From Bacteroidales bacterium (GTDB lineage Bacteria; Bacteroidota; Bacteroidia; Bacteroidales; UBA1715), in the NCBI GenBank assembly GCA_031286165.1, contig JAITUU010000019.1, positions 6,730 through 70,729 on the forward strand: a DNA stretch of 64,000 nt. The letters are read 5' to 3'. This document shows positions 20,663 to 31,687 of the stretch, piece by piece. A program made the translations under genes and the position numbers. The notes beneath the pieces were generated by a model. The model made no database searches and was not told where the DNA came from. It saw nothing but the letters and a program-made list of their open reading frames with translations. Numbering within the stretch: position 1 is the first letter of the stretch; each line of letters opens with the position of its first letter.

Positions 20663-23600
20663 TTGTTTTCAATTAAACGCACAGTTTTTTTCATTTTTCT
20701 TTTTGCAGAGGCAATTTACAGTGCGCAATCGCAGAGTATAGGCGTGCCTTTCAGCGAAATTTTTCCGGTGCAACGAAGTGGTTTCGAGGGTGCTATGCAC
20801 TGCATTAGTCAAAGTAACGAAGGATTTATGCTTTTTGGCAATGCGCACGGTATTCTTTCATTCAATGCCCTGCATTGGAATTCTCACGAATGGACGGGGC
20901 GTGCGTGTTTTGTGCGCACACACGATGGTCGAGTGTTTGCCGGAGGTTTCAATCGCCTTGCAGAAGTGGAGTTTGTGAATAATCAACTCACGCTGCGCAG
21001 TGTGATAGATAGTGCAAAATTCGGACAAATTACTCGTATCGTAGAGCATCAGCAACGCTTGTATTTTACCACTTCGCAGAACGCACTCTATTATGTGGCA
21101 GAAAACGAAGTGCACAAATTATTGCAAGACAGTGCAAAAATCGCGATTTTTTCAGTGCAGAATATGCTTTTTGTGAAAACGCCCACAAAACTCATGGAAA
21201 TTGAAGATATTCAAAATAGCGGTGCTTTTGTAGAAAAATTTTTCGCCGGCAAGCCTATACTCGATATGATTCCGTTTGGCAATCAATTTATAGTACGCAC
21301 AGGCACTGCATTTTACAAAGTAACTACCGCGCCGCTAAAAATAGAACTGTTCCGCACCGACATAGACCATCAGTTGGAACTTTTTGAATACAGTTGTGCG
21401 CTGGCACTTTCCAATGGCACGCTGTGTGTGGGCACGCGCAAAAACGGACTGTACATAATAGACAAACACGGAATGTTGCTGCACAATTTGACTATGCGTA
21501 CCGGTTCGCTCAATAATAATATGGTACTCGCGCTATTTACCGACCGCGCGAATAATTTGTGGGTGGGACAGCACAATGGTGTGAGCCGCGTGGAATATCC
21601 ATCGGCATTTTCATATTTTTACAAAAATAGCGGTGTGCGCGGCGGAGTCAATTCGGTGTTACGATTTGCCGGTGCACTCTATGTGGCTACGGAATTTGGC
21701 GTATTGCAAATAACCGATACGCACATTCGGTCTATTTTTCCTACCTTTAAATTGTGTAATGTGCTCTACACTGCTCGCAATCAACTTCTTGCAGGCACAG
21801 AAAACGGACTGTTTCTTTTGAACGATTATCGCAATCCAAAAAAACTGATAGACGATAACATAGTAGCAATAACCTACGACCCACGCACGGAACTGTTTTT
21901 TGCGGCATCGCCCAATACCATATATATGTATAGCCATGCGCAGGTTGCAGGATTCCGAAATATTGGGAATTTCGATGTGGAATTTAACACGGTGGCAATA
22001 GACAGCGTGAGCAATGTGTGGGTGGGAAGCAACACGGGCGGTGTGTTTCGCTTGCGCCCAAACGATAATTTTCAAAATTTGGAAACCTACATAAAAGCAC
22101 CGGGTTTGGAAAAAGAATATCCGTGGATACAGGTGTATAATACGCACTTAGGGGTGCTTTTTAGTTGTCCGGGAGGTTTGTATCGCTACAATGCAAAAAC
22201 CGACACATTTTATAAAGATACGCTCATTCCCATTCCTGCGGAATTACAGAATTACCTGATTTCGCCCATAGTGGAAGATGCCCAAAAAAACCTGTGGCTT
22301 TCATTCAAATCCTCGAAATCGCTTCGCAATCACTTGGCGTTGGCACGTTGGACAAACAATTCCTACACGGTGAATAGCACCTATTTCAATAAAATAGACG
22401 CATTTTGGAGCAATACCATGTATCCCGACCTCAATTCGGTACTGTGGTTTGGCGGCAGCGAAGGTTTGTTGCGCATGGATTTTAACCAACTCGCCATGCA
22501 CCCCAACGTTAAACGTCCGCTCTTTTTTCAAATCACACTCAATAGCGACAGTGTGGTGCCGCCCACCTATTTCAGTGGTGCAGAAAAATTGCGCATAGAC
22601 TATGTATATAACACGGTACAGTTCGATTTTGCGGCACCGATTTTTGAAAACCGCGATAAAGTGCGCTACGTGTATTTTTTAGATGGGTATTCCAAATCGT
22701 GGTCGGAACCGGCAGCGCAAACGAGCAAAACATTTTATAATTTACCGGCAGGGAATTACACCTTCCGTGTGAAATCCATAGATGTGTATGGCAGCGAATC
22801 GCCCGAAAGTGCGTTTTTATTTACCATACATAGCCCGCACTTGCTGCAATGGTGGACTTTCGTAATTTACGCCATACTACTTTTACCCGTGTATTTTGTG
22901 CTTTCACGCCTTGTGCGCTGGCTCAAAAAAATTATTACCCGCCGCCTAAAAGAACAAAACGAACGATTGCAACAAAATTACTCGCGCATTACCAAAATTA
23001 TAGAAAACATGCTGCCCAAGCAGGCAATAGAAGAATTGAGTACAAAGGGAAATGTATCGCCACGCACCTATACTATGGTATCTATTCTGTTTTGCGACAT
23101 TGCCAATTTCACACAAATAAGCGAACACATAGACAGCGAGGGTGCGCTGATAGATAAACTCAATTCTTTTTTCACCACCTTCGATGCGATTATAGAAAAA
23201 TACCGTGTGGAAAAAATAAAAACCATAGGCGATGCGTATATGTGTGCCGGAGGTGTGCCGCAAGAAAATAGTACAAACGCCATAGAAACGGTACTTGCTG
23301 CACTCGAAATGCAAGCCGCCATACCTGCCATACAATCGAGCGGAGGGAGCACGTGGCAAGTGCGCATAGGCATTCACACCGGACAGGTAATAGCCGGCGT
23401 AATTGGCAGTAAGAAATATTTTTACGATATTTGGGGCGATAGTGTGAATACCGCAAGCCGAATGGAATCTTCGGGGAAAATCGGCGAAATCAATATTTCC
23501 TACGACAGTTACCTTCTCATTCGCGATTATTTTGACTGCCACTATCGCGGAAGAATTATGGCAAAAAATAAAGGACTGCTGAAAATGTATTTTGTGAAAG

Positions 23601-24319
23601 GAATAAAAGCGCACCTGAGCGATGACCCACTGCGCATACAACCGAACGAAACATTCAAAGCAATGCTGGAAACCATGCGCTACGAAGACCTTAAAGAACG
23701 AATTTTTTCCATTTACAGCACCTACAATCCCGAAAAGGAAAATCAACGCCTTTTTGCCGATATTCAAGTGAGTAACAAACAGTTTGCCTACTACACCTAT
23801 CACAATTTGGTGCACGTGCGCGATGTAGTGGAGCAAGCAGAAACAATAGGGCGCAACGAAGGTGTGAGCGAAGACGACCTGTTGATATTGAAACTTGCGG
23901 CACTTTTTCACGATATTGGGCTGGTGCATACCTACAAAAATCACGAAGCACACAGTGTATCCATTGCTCGCTCGGTGCTTGCCGATGCTCGCTACACGCA
24001 GCAACAAATAGAAAAAATTTGCACCCTCATAGATGCTACCCGTATGCCGCAAAATCCACACGGATTGTTGCAAAAAATTATGTGCGATGCCGATTTGGAT
24101 TATCTCGGAAGAGAGGACTATTTCTCGCGCTCTCGCGATTTGTACGATGAATTTGTAGCATACGCCAACGTGGAACGCAACGAAGAAGATTGGCTGAAAT
24201 TGCAAATTAAATTCTTGCAAAATCACACATTTTTCACCAAAAGCGAACAAGAAAACCGCGAACCGGTGAAACAACAACACATTGTGATTTTACAACGACT
24301 GCTGGAAGAATTGGGGTAA
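20663..24319 (+). CDS. Membrane-anchored class III adenylate cyclase with periplasmic beta-propeller/Y_Y_Y sensor and C-terminal HD domain
   Basis: Propeller repeats (DRANNLWVG, DAQKNLW), LPAGNYTFRVK Y_Y_Y, TM, ILFCDIANFT, EKIKTIGDAYM, YDIWGDSVNTASRMES, then YHN...HDIG...DADL. Confidence 0.85.
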   Translation: MFSIKRTVFFIFLFAEAIYSAQSQSIGVPFSEIFPVQRSGFEGAMHCISQSNEGFMLFGNAHGILSFNALHWNSHEWTGRACFVRTHDGRVFAGGFNRLAEVEFVNNQLTLRSVIDSAKFGQITRIVEHQQRLYFTTSQNALYYVAENEVHKLLQDSAKIAIFSVQNMLFVKTPTKLMEIEDIQNSGAFVEKFFAGKPILDMIPFGNQFIVRTGTAFYKVTTAPLKIELFRTDIDHQLELFEYSCALALSNGTLCVGTRKNGLYIIDKHGMLLHNLTMRTGSLNNNMVLALFTDRANNLWVGQHNGVSRVEYPSAFSYFYKNSGVRGGVNSVLRFAGALYVATEFGVLQITDTHIRSIFPTFKLCNVLYTARNQLLAGTENGLFLLNDYRNPKKLIDDNIVAITYDPRTELFFAASPNTIYMYSHAQVAGFRNIGNFDVEFNTVAIDSVSNVWVGSNTGGVFRLRPNDNFQNLETYIKAPGLEKEYPWIQVYNTHLGVLFSCPGGLYRYNAKTDTFYKDTLIPIPAELQNYLISPIVEDAQKNLWLSFKSSKSLRNHLALARWTNNSYTVNSTYFNKIDAFWSNTMYPDLNSVLWFGGSEGLLRMDFNQLAMHPNVKRPLFFQITLNSDSVVPPTYFSGAEKLRIDYVYNTVQFDFAAPIFENRDKVRYVYFLDGYSKSWSEPAAQTSKTFYNLPAGNYTFRVKSIDVYGSESPESAFLFTIHSPHLLQWWTFVIYAILLLPVYFVLSRLVRWLKKIITRRLKEQNERLQQNYSRITKIIENMLPKQAIEELSTKGNVSPRTYTMVSILFCDIANFTQISEHIDSEGALIDKLNSFFTTFDAIIEKYRVEKIKTIGDAYMCAGGVPQENSTNAIETVLAALEMQAAIPAIQSSGGSTWQVRIGIHTGQVIAGVIGSKKYFYDIWGDSVNTASRMESSGKIGEINISYDSYLLIRDYFDCHYRGRIMAKNKGLLKMYFVKGIKAHLSDDPLRIQPNETFKAMLETMRYEDLKERIFSIYSTYNPEKENQRLFADIQVSNKQFAYYTYHNLVHVRDVVEQAETIGRNEGVSEDDLLILKLAALFHDIGLVHTYKNHEAHSVSIARSVLADARYTQQQIEKICTLIDATRMPQNPHGLLQKIMCDADLDYLGREDYFSRSRDLYDEFVAYANVERNEEDWLKLQIKFLQNHTFFTKSEQENREPVKQQHIVILQRLLEELG

Positions 24320-24397
24320 TACAATTACAAGTTACGAGGGTTGGAATAGCGAAGATGAGAGAACAACATTTACTCCTGATAATGCTTGCTTGCCCTA

Positions 24398-25444
24398 TCA
24401 ATCATTTTTCGCCAACAATCGCTTGCAAATAGCGGCAATAAGCGGCGGACCTTCGTAAATAAATCCGCTGTATAGTTGCACAAGCGCGGCTCCCGCTTCC
24501 AATTTTTCTACGGCATCTTCAGGGGTCATAATGCCGCCCACACCTATTATGGGAAATGAGCCGTTTGATTTTGTGTGTAAATAGCGAATTACTTCGGTAC
24601 TCATGGCAGTTTCTGGTGCACCGCTCAATCCGCCCGCACCTATATTTTCTATATATTCAGGTGCATAAGTCAAATTATTGCGCGTAATGGTAGTATTGGT
24701 AGCCACCACACCGGCAATGGCGGTAGTGCGCACTATTTCTATAATATCGTCTAACTGTTCGTGGGTCAAATCGGGTGCAATTTTCAGTAAAATCGGTTTT
24801 TGCGCCGGGCGTTTTGCGTTTTCCTGCATCAACGTTTGCAGCAAGTGCGTAAGTGGTTCCTTATCTTGCAAAGCACGCAAATTGGGTGTATTGGGCGAAC
24901 TCACATTTACCACAAAATAATCCACATGGTTGAAAAGTTCGTTAAAACACTGCACGTAATCGTTCACCGCATCTTCGTTTGGAGTAATTTTATTTTTACC
25001 GATATTTCCACCAATAATAACCTTAGAATTTCGCTTGCGCAACTGTTTTGCCATATATGCCACGCCATGATTATTGAACCCCATGCGATTGATGAGTGCT
25101 TTATCATTCGGCAGACGAAACAATCGGGGTAAATCATTACCCGGTTGTGCTTTGGGCGTTACCGTACCCACTTCTACAAAGGAAAAACCCATTGCGCCAA
25201 ACATGTTGTAGGCGCGGGCATTTTTGTCAAGTCCTGCCGCCAAGCCTACCGGATGCGGAAATTGTATGCCAAACACTTCTTTTTGCAGCGGCGTGCAGTT
25301 GGGCAAGGGATAGGCACAGCGCACAATGCTGCGAGCAAAGGGGAATTTGCCCAACAGTGCTAAATAATTAATGGTAAAATTGTGTATTCGCTCCGGGTCG
25401 AAGGAAAATAAGAGCGGACGAATAATAGATGTATATACCGACAT
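24398..25444 (-). CDS. pyrD: Quinone-dependent dihydroorotate dehydrogenase (class 2)
   Basis: [42 protein letters not shown]. Confidence 0.95.
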   Translation of the reverse strand: MSVYTSIIRPLLFSFDPERIHNFTINYLALLGKFPFARSIVRCAYPLPNCTPLQKEVFGIQFPHPVGLAAGLDKNARAYNMFGAMGFSFVEVGTVTPKAQPGNDLPRLFRLPNDKALINRMGFNNHGVAYMAKQLRKRNSKVIIGGNIGKNKITPNEDAVNDYVQCFNELFNHVDYFVVNVSSPNTPNLRALQDKEPLTHLLQTLMQENAKRPAQKPILLKIAPDLTHEQLDDIIEIVRTTAIAGVVATNTTITRNNLTYAPEYIENIGAGGLSGAPETAMSTEVIRYLHTKSNGSFPIIGVGGIMTPEDAVEKLEAGAALVQLYSGFIYEGPPLIAAICKRLLAKND

Positions 25445-25473
25445 AGTGGAATGCTGCCCGATTTTCGGTCAAA

Positions 25474-25806
25474 TTACTCTTGCGATTGTTGTTGTAATCC
25501 TTCGGCAGTTGGTACGTTTTGCGGCATTTCCACTTGTGGTGCATTGCTTTCAAAATATGATTGCTCTTGCTCCACTACTCTGTTGCGTGGCAATACGGTA
25601 GTACCCACTATACAAAATACTACAAGCGCAATAGCAAGCCCCCATGTGGCTTTTTCCAAAAAATCGGTAGTTTTGCGCACGCCCATCATTTGATTGGTTG
25701 CAGCAAAATCGGAAACCAAACCACCGCCTTTTGAGTTTTGTACCAATACTATAAGTACCAAAAGTATGCTTGTAATAATTATCAATGTTAGAATTAAACC
25801 TGTCAT
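25474..25806 (-). CDS. secG: Preprotein translocase subunit SecG
   Basis: Two TMs, VLVQNSKGGGL, DFLEKATWGL. Confidence 0.9.
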   Translation of the reverse strand: MTGLILTLIIITSILLVLIVLVQNSKGGGLVSDFAATNQMMGVRKTTDFLEKATWGLAIALVVFCIVGTTVLPRNRVVEQEQSYFESNAPQVEMPQNVPTAEGLQQQSQE

Positions 25807-25827
25807 GTCTTTCTGTTTTTTATGTTG

Positions 25828-26772
25828 TTATTGTAATTCCGAAATTTTTTGCGCAAAGTAAACACTTTTTTGTGGAAATTGCAAGGCTAATTGCTCATAG
25901 ATTTTAATTGCTTTGCGAAAATTTTTCTGTTGCACATAAATTTTTGCCATCGTTTCGCTCACATATTCCCCTTCGCGCACACTCCGCTCCGATTTATCAT
26001 ACTGAGTATCAGCCATATTTTCCACTGTAACCTGCGGCGTAACTTCGTGCGACAAAAATTTATCTATAATACTTAGTTGTTCGTCTTTGGGTAGAATTTT
26101 TGCGTTTGTTTCGACTTGCGTCTCTGTTTCAAGCATTTCGGCAGCGGTTTTTGCTTTTGTGTCGGCAAACGATTGTGCTTCGTTTTCTTTCATTTGCTGC
26201 ACGCGCAGCAAAATAGTTTCGGCGAGTGAAAGTGGTTTTGCCGATTCTGTCGGCATTGGTTCTTGCGCCGATTGCGATTGTACTTGCGCTGGAATTTCTT
26301 CGTGTTTGGTTTCTTCGTCTTCTATTTCAAACGAAATTACTTCGTCAAAATTCTGTGTTTCATATTGCATATCGAGAGCCGCCACTTCCTCTGCCACCAC
26401 TGCAACTTCTTCGTGCAGTTCAAAGGTCATACTTTCGCGCTCCGGTTCATCGTCCGCATCACTCAGCACCATAGTAATTTCCGGTGCCGGTTGTACTTCT
26501 TCGGGAGTAGAAATTTCTGTTTTTGGTATTTCCGCAACACATTCTTTATTCAAAAAATCTGCAAACACCTGTTTATTTCCCAGAAAAATACTGTGCAGTA
26601 CAACTATTTCATCGAAATTTTCAGAATCTATCTGTTTCAATCCTTTCAAATAGAGCGAGTGCGCCGCCTGAAAATACGGATACTGCGCCGCAATTGCACG
26701 CAATTCGCCACAGGCATCGCCGGTAAGAAGCGAAGGATTGCGCACAAACATAGTAAATTGTTCTCCGTTCAT
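25828..26772 (-). CDS. Conserved Bacteroidota TPR-like protein with acidic linker
   Basis: YPYFQAAH N-terminus; C-terminal SETMAKIYVQQ...KAIKIYEQLALQFPQKSVYFA. Confidence 0.7.
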   Translation of the reverse strand: MNGEQFTMFVRNPSLLTGDACGELRAIAAQYPYFQAAHSLYLKGLKQIDSENFDEIVVLHSIFLGNKQVFADFLNKECVAEIPKTEISTPEEVQPAPEITMVLSDADDEPERESMTFELHEEVAVVAEEVAALDMQYETQNFDEVISFEIEDEETKHEEIPAQVQSQSAQEPMPTESAKPLSLAETILLRVQQMKENEAQSFADTKAKTAAEMLETETQVETNAKILPKDEQLSIIDKFLSHEVTPQVTVENMADTQYDKSERSVREGEYVSETMAKIYVQQKNFRKAIKIYEQLALQFPQKSVYFAQKISELQ

Positions 26773-26892
26773 AGTTGTAGGTATTATATCAAAATTTTCT
26801 GTTTTCAAAAAAAGCCGCTGTCGTTTTCCCAAAAAACAGCGGCGTCCGTAACGTTTAAATTACTTTTTATTACATGACAATTTTAAAAAAAC

Positions 26893-27612
26893 TTATTTTT
26901 TAACGCAGCGCACGCTTAGTCCCACTGAGCGCACTATGTGGCTATGATTCACGTTTGTATTGTTGTCCATAGAGTAATACATACCGTTGTGCGTATCCTC
27001 AAGATTGTTCTTTTTATCCATACGTACCGTAGTACTCCACCACAGCGCATTTTCACCCATTATAAAAAATCTGCCATCGCGTTCGCGGAAACCCGAAGGA
27101 AGTGCCGAAAAGCCGCTTTCATTTGTTGCCGTTCCTTCTTTCCACAGTGCTTTTGATTTCAGCGTAGTTGCGGCAATTTCTTGTCCGCCCGCTTGTATTA
27201 TCAATTTGTCCCAATCTTCATCACTTGGCACCTTCCACCCTTCGGGGCACAAATTTTCGCTTTCTAAGGCTTTGTAATTGTAGAGCAATCCATGAGCCGA
27301 TACCGGTTTTTCGTTGTTATACGCCGCGTATGCTGCTTCTTGGGTACTTGCCCATGCTGCATTGTCGGCAACTTCGGCTATCGGTGTTCCATCGTTCAAT
27401 TTTTCGCTACGCAAATTTTCTGCAAACCACGTTTGCGTGCCTATGGTAATGGTTTTATATTCATTGCTATCCACATCGTAGGCTTTGCCGTAGGTCAGTT
27501 GCGGATTGATTGCATCTTTAATGTCCACCGATTTCACGGCGGTTTCTTTTGAAGTCGATGAGCAGGCTGCCAAAAAAGCCGCTGCACCGAGTATAATAAG
27601 AGTTTTTTTCAT
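26893..27612 (-). CDS. FISUMP-domain lipoprotein (Fibrobacter succinogenes major paralogous domain)
   Basis: Lipobox LAAC; YKTITIGTQTWFAENL, GLLYNY, LCPEGWKVPS, GFSALPSG, SVRCVK. Confidence 0.9.
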   Translation of the reverse strand: MKKTLIILGAAAFLAACSSTSKETAVKSVDIKDAINPQLTYGKAYDVDSNEYKTITIGTQTWFAENLRSEKLNDGTPIAEVADNAAWASTQEAAYAAYNNEKPVSAHGLLYNYKALESENLCPEGWKVPSDEDWDKLIIQAGGQEIAATTLKSKALWKEGTATNESGFSALPSGFRERDGRFFIMGENALWWSTTVRMDKKNNLEDTHNGMYYSMDNNTNVNHSHIVRSVGLSVRCVKK

Positions 27613-27667
27613 TGTCTGTAAGTTTATATGTCTATAAGTCTAAATGTCTTGTATCTTGTGTCTAAAA

Positions 27668-29206
27668 TTACGCTTGCGCAGCACGTTTGTACGCTAATTG
27701 TTGTTGAATTTCATATACTTTTGCTTTGGTAAGCGGATATTTCCAAATAAAGAAAATGGTTCCAAGCATGGCAATGGTAGGAATAATTACAAAGAACACG
27801 CGCACGGTGAACATTTTTTCAACGGTAATTACCGGATTGGAACCGTCCACACCAATTTGTACGAGCATCCACGCGGCGGCTATCATTACAATTGCTTGCG
27901 CAAGTTTTATCAAAAATCCGCATACAGCCGAATACATACCCTCGCGGCGAGTGCCGGTGCGCAATTCATCGTAATCGCAAATATCGGCGGTAAATGCCCC
28001 AATCATAGGCCAGCAAGCGGCTAAACCTATATTTACAATTACCGGCGGAAGTACTGCCAAAAATGGATAGGTTTGTGAGAAGAATATCCAACTCGAAAGA
28101 TAGCCAATAATAGTGATGCACGATGCGGCTATAATTACAGTACGTTTATCGAAATATTTCGCCACGCGATTGAGTATAATTACCGTAATAATTTGTGTGG
28201 TTGGTTGCAAAAATGCAGTATAAACGCCCAAATAACCCGCAAGTTCTTTATGTGTTACAAAGGTTTCTTCCACAGCAAAGTGGAAGGGTTGTCGCCAACT
28301 CCAATTGAGCACCGTGTGCATACCATCGGAACCCACATGATACATGTGAATATAGCCCAAAAGCGGCAACATGAAGAACAACGCCATGAATACAAAGAAG
28401 AAAGATATAATAAAAAGTATAAATGGTTTTGATTTAAAGGTTTCTTTTACCGATGTAAAGAAGGGTACTTTTTCTTGTTTTTCGGTGCGAATAGCCGAAC
28501 GTTCTCTACAAAAAAGAGCAGGAATAATACCGAAAAATACAATGGCAATACCAATAATGACCGCCAAATTCTGTGCTCCGGCAACTTCGCCGCCGGCTTT
28601 TTCTTTACCCAGCACTACCGCAATTAAATAGAGCGAACCAATTAACACCCCAATTAGGTATGAAAATATTTGTTTGTACGTTTGCAGTTTGGTACGCTCG
28701 GTGTAGTCGTCTTCCATTTCCAAACCAAGAGCCGCAAAAGGCATTTGCCACACCGCCACCACTATAAAAAAGAGCGAAACGGCTATAATAAAATACATAT
28801 CTTGCGCTCTCAGAGCAGTGTCGCCCAAGTGCCCTACCACACTTTTGGGGTCAAAGCCCAAAAACGTAACTATTTCTTGCGGAAACCACATTGCCACAAA
28901 GAAAATGGCGAGCAAAAACGCTCCCACAAATATCCACGGACGGCGGCGACCGAAACGTGAGCGAGTATTATCACTCAAACTACCAAAAAAAGTGTCGGAA
29001 AAACCTTCAATAAATTTCGAGGCACTCATGGCAAAACCAATCACCACCGGACTGATACCCATACCTATATTAAAAATATTGTACGATAACGTAGGCAGGG
29101 TATTCATCGAAAGATTTTCGGCAATACCACCGCTCGCCCAAGCCAACTTCTCGCCGCCTGTCGATTTTGATTTTGATTCTGTAACTATTGGTGTAGAATT
29201 TTCCAT
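27668..29206 (-). CDS. MFS/GPH-family glycoside-cation symporter
   Basis: Multiple TMs, SDNTRSRFGRRRPW, DICDYDELRTGTRREGMY. Confidence 0.9.
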   Translation of the reverse strand: MENSTPIVTESKSKSTGGEKLAWASGGIAENLSMNTLPTLSYNIFNIGMGISPVVIGFAMSASKFIEGFSDTFFGSLSDNTRSRFGRRRPWIFVGAFLLAIFFVAMWFPQEIVTFLGFDPKSVVGHLGDTALRAQDMYFIIAVSLFFIVVAVWQMPFAALGLEMEDDYTERTKLQTYKQIFSYLIGVLIGSLYLIAVVLGKEKAGGEVAGAQNLAVIIGIAIVFFGIIPALFCRERSAIRTEKQEKVPFFTSVKETFKSKPFILFIISFFFVFMALFFMLPLLGYIHMYHVGSDGMHTVLNWSWRQPFHFAVEETFVTHKELAGYLGVYTAFLQPTTQIITVIILNRVAKYFDKRTVIIAASCITIIGYLSSWIFFSQTYPFLAVLPPVIVNIGLAACWPMIGAFTADICDYDELRTGTRREGMYSAVCGFLIKLAQAIVMIAAAWMLVQIGVDGSNPVITVEKMFTVRVFFVIIPTIAMLGTIFFIWKYPLTKAKVYEIQQQLAYKRAAQA

Positions 29207-29427
29207 CGTAAAAAATAGATTTAAACATTAATTCGACAAACATAACAAAAAACTTTCACACCAAAACACACTTCGCGTGTTTTTTTATGAACAAAAAATC
29301 AGCGAAAAAGTTATGAGCCGCATAGTGTTGAAAAATATTTTTTACGAATTTTATTCCGTATCTGTTATTTTCTGTATGTTTGTACACCGTTTTGTAATAG
29401 TATATACGCACTTAAAAATTCAAATTT

Positions 29428-30369
29428 ATGTCTGTAAATCAACAAATTAAGATTTTTACCGGCGATGCTACTCGCTATCTTACCGAAGAAATTGTAAAAA
29501 ACTATGGTACGCACATGGGCGAATCGTCAGTGGCGCGTTTCAGCGATGGTGAATTTGAACCTCGTTTCGATGAATCGGTGCGTGGTGTAGATGTGTATAT
29601 TGTACAATCCACCTTCACTCCTTCCGACAATGTAATGGAACTCCTTCTTTTAATTGATGCAGCAAAACGCGCTTCGGCACGGCAAGTTACCGCCGTGATT
29701 CCCTATTTCGGCTTTGCTCGCCAAGACCGCAAAGAAAAATCGCGCGTGTCGATAGGTGCAAAATTAATGGCAAATCTACTCACCACCGCCGGCGTAGATA
29801 GGGTAATTACCATGGATTTGCACGCAAGTCAAATTCAGGGATTTTTCGATGTGCCGGTGGACCACCTCTACGCATCGGGAATTTTCATACCATATTTATT
29901 GCAACAAAATATTCCCGACCTTTTGATAGCCGCACCCGATATGGGTGGCGCAAAACGCGCAAAAGCATACGCAAAAATGCTCAACGCCGAACTTGCAATT
30001 TGCCACAAAACCCGCACCAAAGCCAATGTGGTGGATTCTATGGAAATTATAGGTAACGTGGAAGGCAAAAATGTGATTATAGTAGATGACATGATAGACA
30101 CCGCCGGCACCATTACTATGGCAGCCGATTTGGTGATGGCAAATGGCGCAAAAAGCGTGCGGGCACTTGCCACTCACGCCGTGTGTTCGGGTCCGGCATG
30201 GGAACGCATCGACAAAAGTTCCATTTCGGAACTCCTTGTTACCAATACCATTCCCCACAAGGTGTGTTCTCCCAAAACCACCTTCCTTTCCTGCGCACCG
30301 TTTTTTGCCGATGCTATTGCAAAAATCTTCAACAACGAATCAGTAAGCACCTCATTTATAGCAATATAA
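29428..30369 (+). CDS. prs: Ribose-phosphate pyrophosphokinase
   Basis: FSDGE, PYFGFARQDRK, MDLHASQIQGFF, IVDDMIDTAGT. Confidence 0.95.
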   Translation: MSVNQQIKIFTGDATRYLTEEIVKNYGTHMGESSVARFSDGEFEPRFDESVRGVDVYIVQSTFTPSDNVMELLLLIDAAKRASARQVTAVIPYFGFARQDRKEKSRVSIGAKLMANLLTTAGVDRVITMDLHASQIQGFFDVPVDHLYASGIFIPYLLQQNIPDLLIAAPDMGGAKRAKAYAKMLNAELAICHKTRTKANVVDSMEIIGNVEGKNVIIVDDMIDTAGTITMAADLVMANGAKSVRALATHAVCSGPAWERIDKSSISELLVTNTIPHKVCSPKTTFLSCAPFFADAIAKIFNNESVSTSFIAI

Positions 30370-30504
30370 TAGTAGATACAAGACCTGAGATAATATGACA
30401 ATATGATAATGTGTCAATATGCCAATGATACAATGAATATCTATAAATCTCTCAATATCAATACCTATCATTTTTTCAGTTATTCAATTACTCATTATTA
30501 AGAC

Positions 30505-31062
30505 ATGAACGCACACATATTTTTAGCACCCGGTTTCGAGGAAATCGAGGCAATTACCGTGATAGACGTGCTCCGCAGAGCAGAATTTGAAGTTGTAACG
30601 GTATCAATTCCCAATGATGATGATGATGAGTTTTGGGTAGAAGGAGCGCACGGCGTTTCGGTGTTCAGCGACATTGATTTTGAATATGCCGATTTTTCGG
30701 AAACCGATATTTTGATTTTACCCGGCGGACAGCCCGGTACCACAAATTTGAGCGCACACAAAGGATTGCAGCAATTACTGCTCGATTTTGCAACACAAAA
30801 AAAACATATTGCCGCCATTTGCGCCGCTCCCATGATACTCGGCGATTTGGGATTGCTCAAAGGAAAAAAAGCAACCTGCTATCCGGGTTGCGAGAGCCGT
30901 CTTACGGGAGCCACCGTTACCGGCAACGCCGTAGAAGTAGCCGACACCATTATTACCGGCAACGGACCGGGTGCGGCTATGGCATTTGCCCTCGCCATAG
31001 TGGAAACACTCAAAGGCAGCGAAATTGCGCAAACGGTGAAAAAACAACTGATGATGCAATAA
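30505..31062 (+). CDS. DJ-1/ThiJ/PfpI family protein (YajL-like)
   Basis: GFEEIEA, ILPGG, AAICAAP, ATCYPG, ITGNGPG. Confidence 0.9.
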   Translation: MNAHIFLAPGFEEIEAITVIDVLRRAEFEVVTVSIPNDDDDEFWVEGAHGVSVFSDIDFEYADFSETDILILPGGQPGTTNLSAHKGLQQLLLDFATQKKHIAAICAAPMILGDLGLLKGKKATCYPGCESRLTGATVTGNAVEVADTIITGNGPGAAMAFALAIVETLKGSEIAQTVKKQLMMQ

Positions 31063-31081
31063 AGAAGCACCTTACTTTTTC

Positions 31082-31105
31082 GTCATTGCAAACGCAGCGA
31101 AGCAC
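31082..31105. repeat. Dispersed REP-like repeat; second copy at ~55902-55926
   Basis: GTCATTGCAAACGCAGCGAAGCA vs GTCATTGCGAACGCAGTGAAGCA; the second copy has an inverted partner half at ~55844-55865. Confidence 0.55.
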
Positions 31106-31185
31106 TCTATAATTATTTTCTAAACAATTTTTGCAGCAATTCTCAAAATAATACCTATATTTGCCCCACGAAAATAATACAACTT

Positions 31186-31579
31186 GGGGGTGACTGGAAT
31201 TGACGGGGAGTTGATTATTGATGTAAGCATGTCGGGCAATCAAGATTTTGACCCGTAAAAACATATCTTGAAACAATAACTGGCGAAAATACTTACGCTC
31301 TTGCTGCCTAATCGAATCATAGTAGATTAACGCTTTACGCTGTTCAAGGAACAGTGGCAGGACATTCCGCAAATGGCAAGTCCTTAGTCGTTTGAATCCG
31401 GAGTGCTGTAATTAAGGAATAGCGCACAATGTGTTTGGAGTTGTGCGTAAAATTTACAAACTAAGGAAAAAGTAGAGTGCCTGTTTTCGGCTTTTTCCCT
31501 ACAATCAACAACACGGCTACACATGTAGAAAGCATTGGTAATGCTTGTTCGGACCGGGGTTCGATTCCCCGCACCTCCA
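31186..31579 (+). ncRNA. ssrA: tmRNA; tag peptide GENTYALAA* at 31282-31311
   Basis: 5' GGGGGTG pairs with 3' CACCTCC-A; T-arm GGGGTTCGATTCCCC; tag ORF GGC GAA AAT ACT TAC GCT CTT GCT GCC TAA. Confidence 0.95.
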
Positions 31580-31580
31580 C
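31556..31580 (+). repeat. attL core (3' end of tmRNA)
   Basis: GGGGTTCGATTCCCCGCACCTCCAC, identical to 52651-52675. Confidence 0.92.
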
Positions 31581-31687
31581 AAACCGTACCCACAAAGGGT
31601 TTGCCGACTTTTTGTGGGAAATACGGGAACTGAATCGGAACTATTTTATTTTTTTTTCGCGCTGATGTTCATCAACGTAAAAAAAAA

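Noticed and set aside
22946-24280. 444-aa minus-strand ORF (likewise 5621-6541, 33657-34478, 35890-36939, 60058-60636)
   Set aside because: Antisense shadows of well-supported genes, with no recognisable motifs.
20663-24319. Pycsar/CBASS-type defence system
   Set aside because: The cyclase has an adenylate-specific pocket and a large periplasmic sensor, sits among housekeeping genes, and has no separate effector gene.
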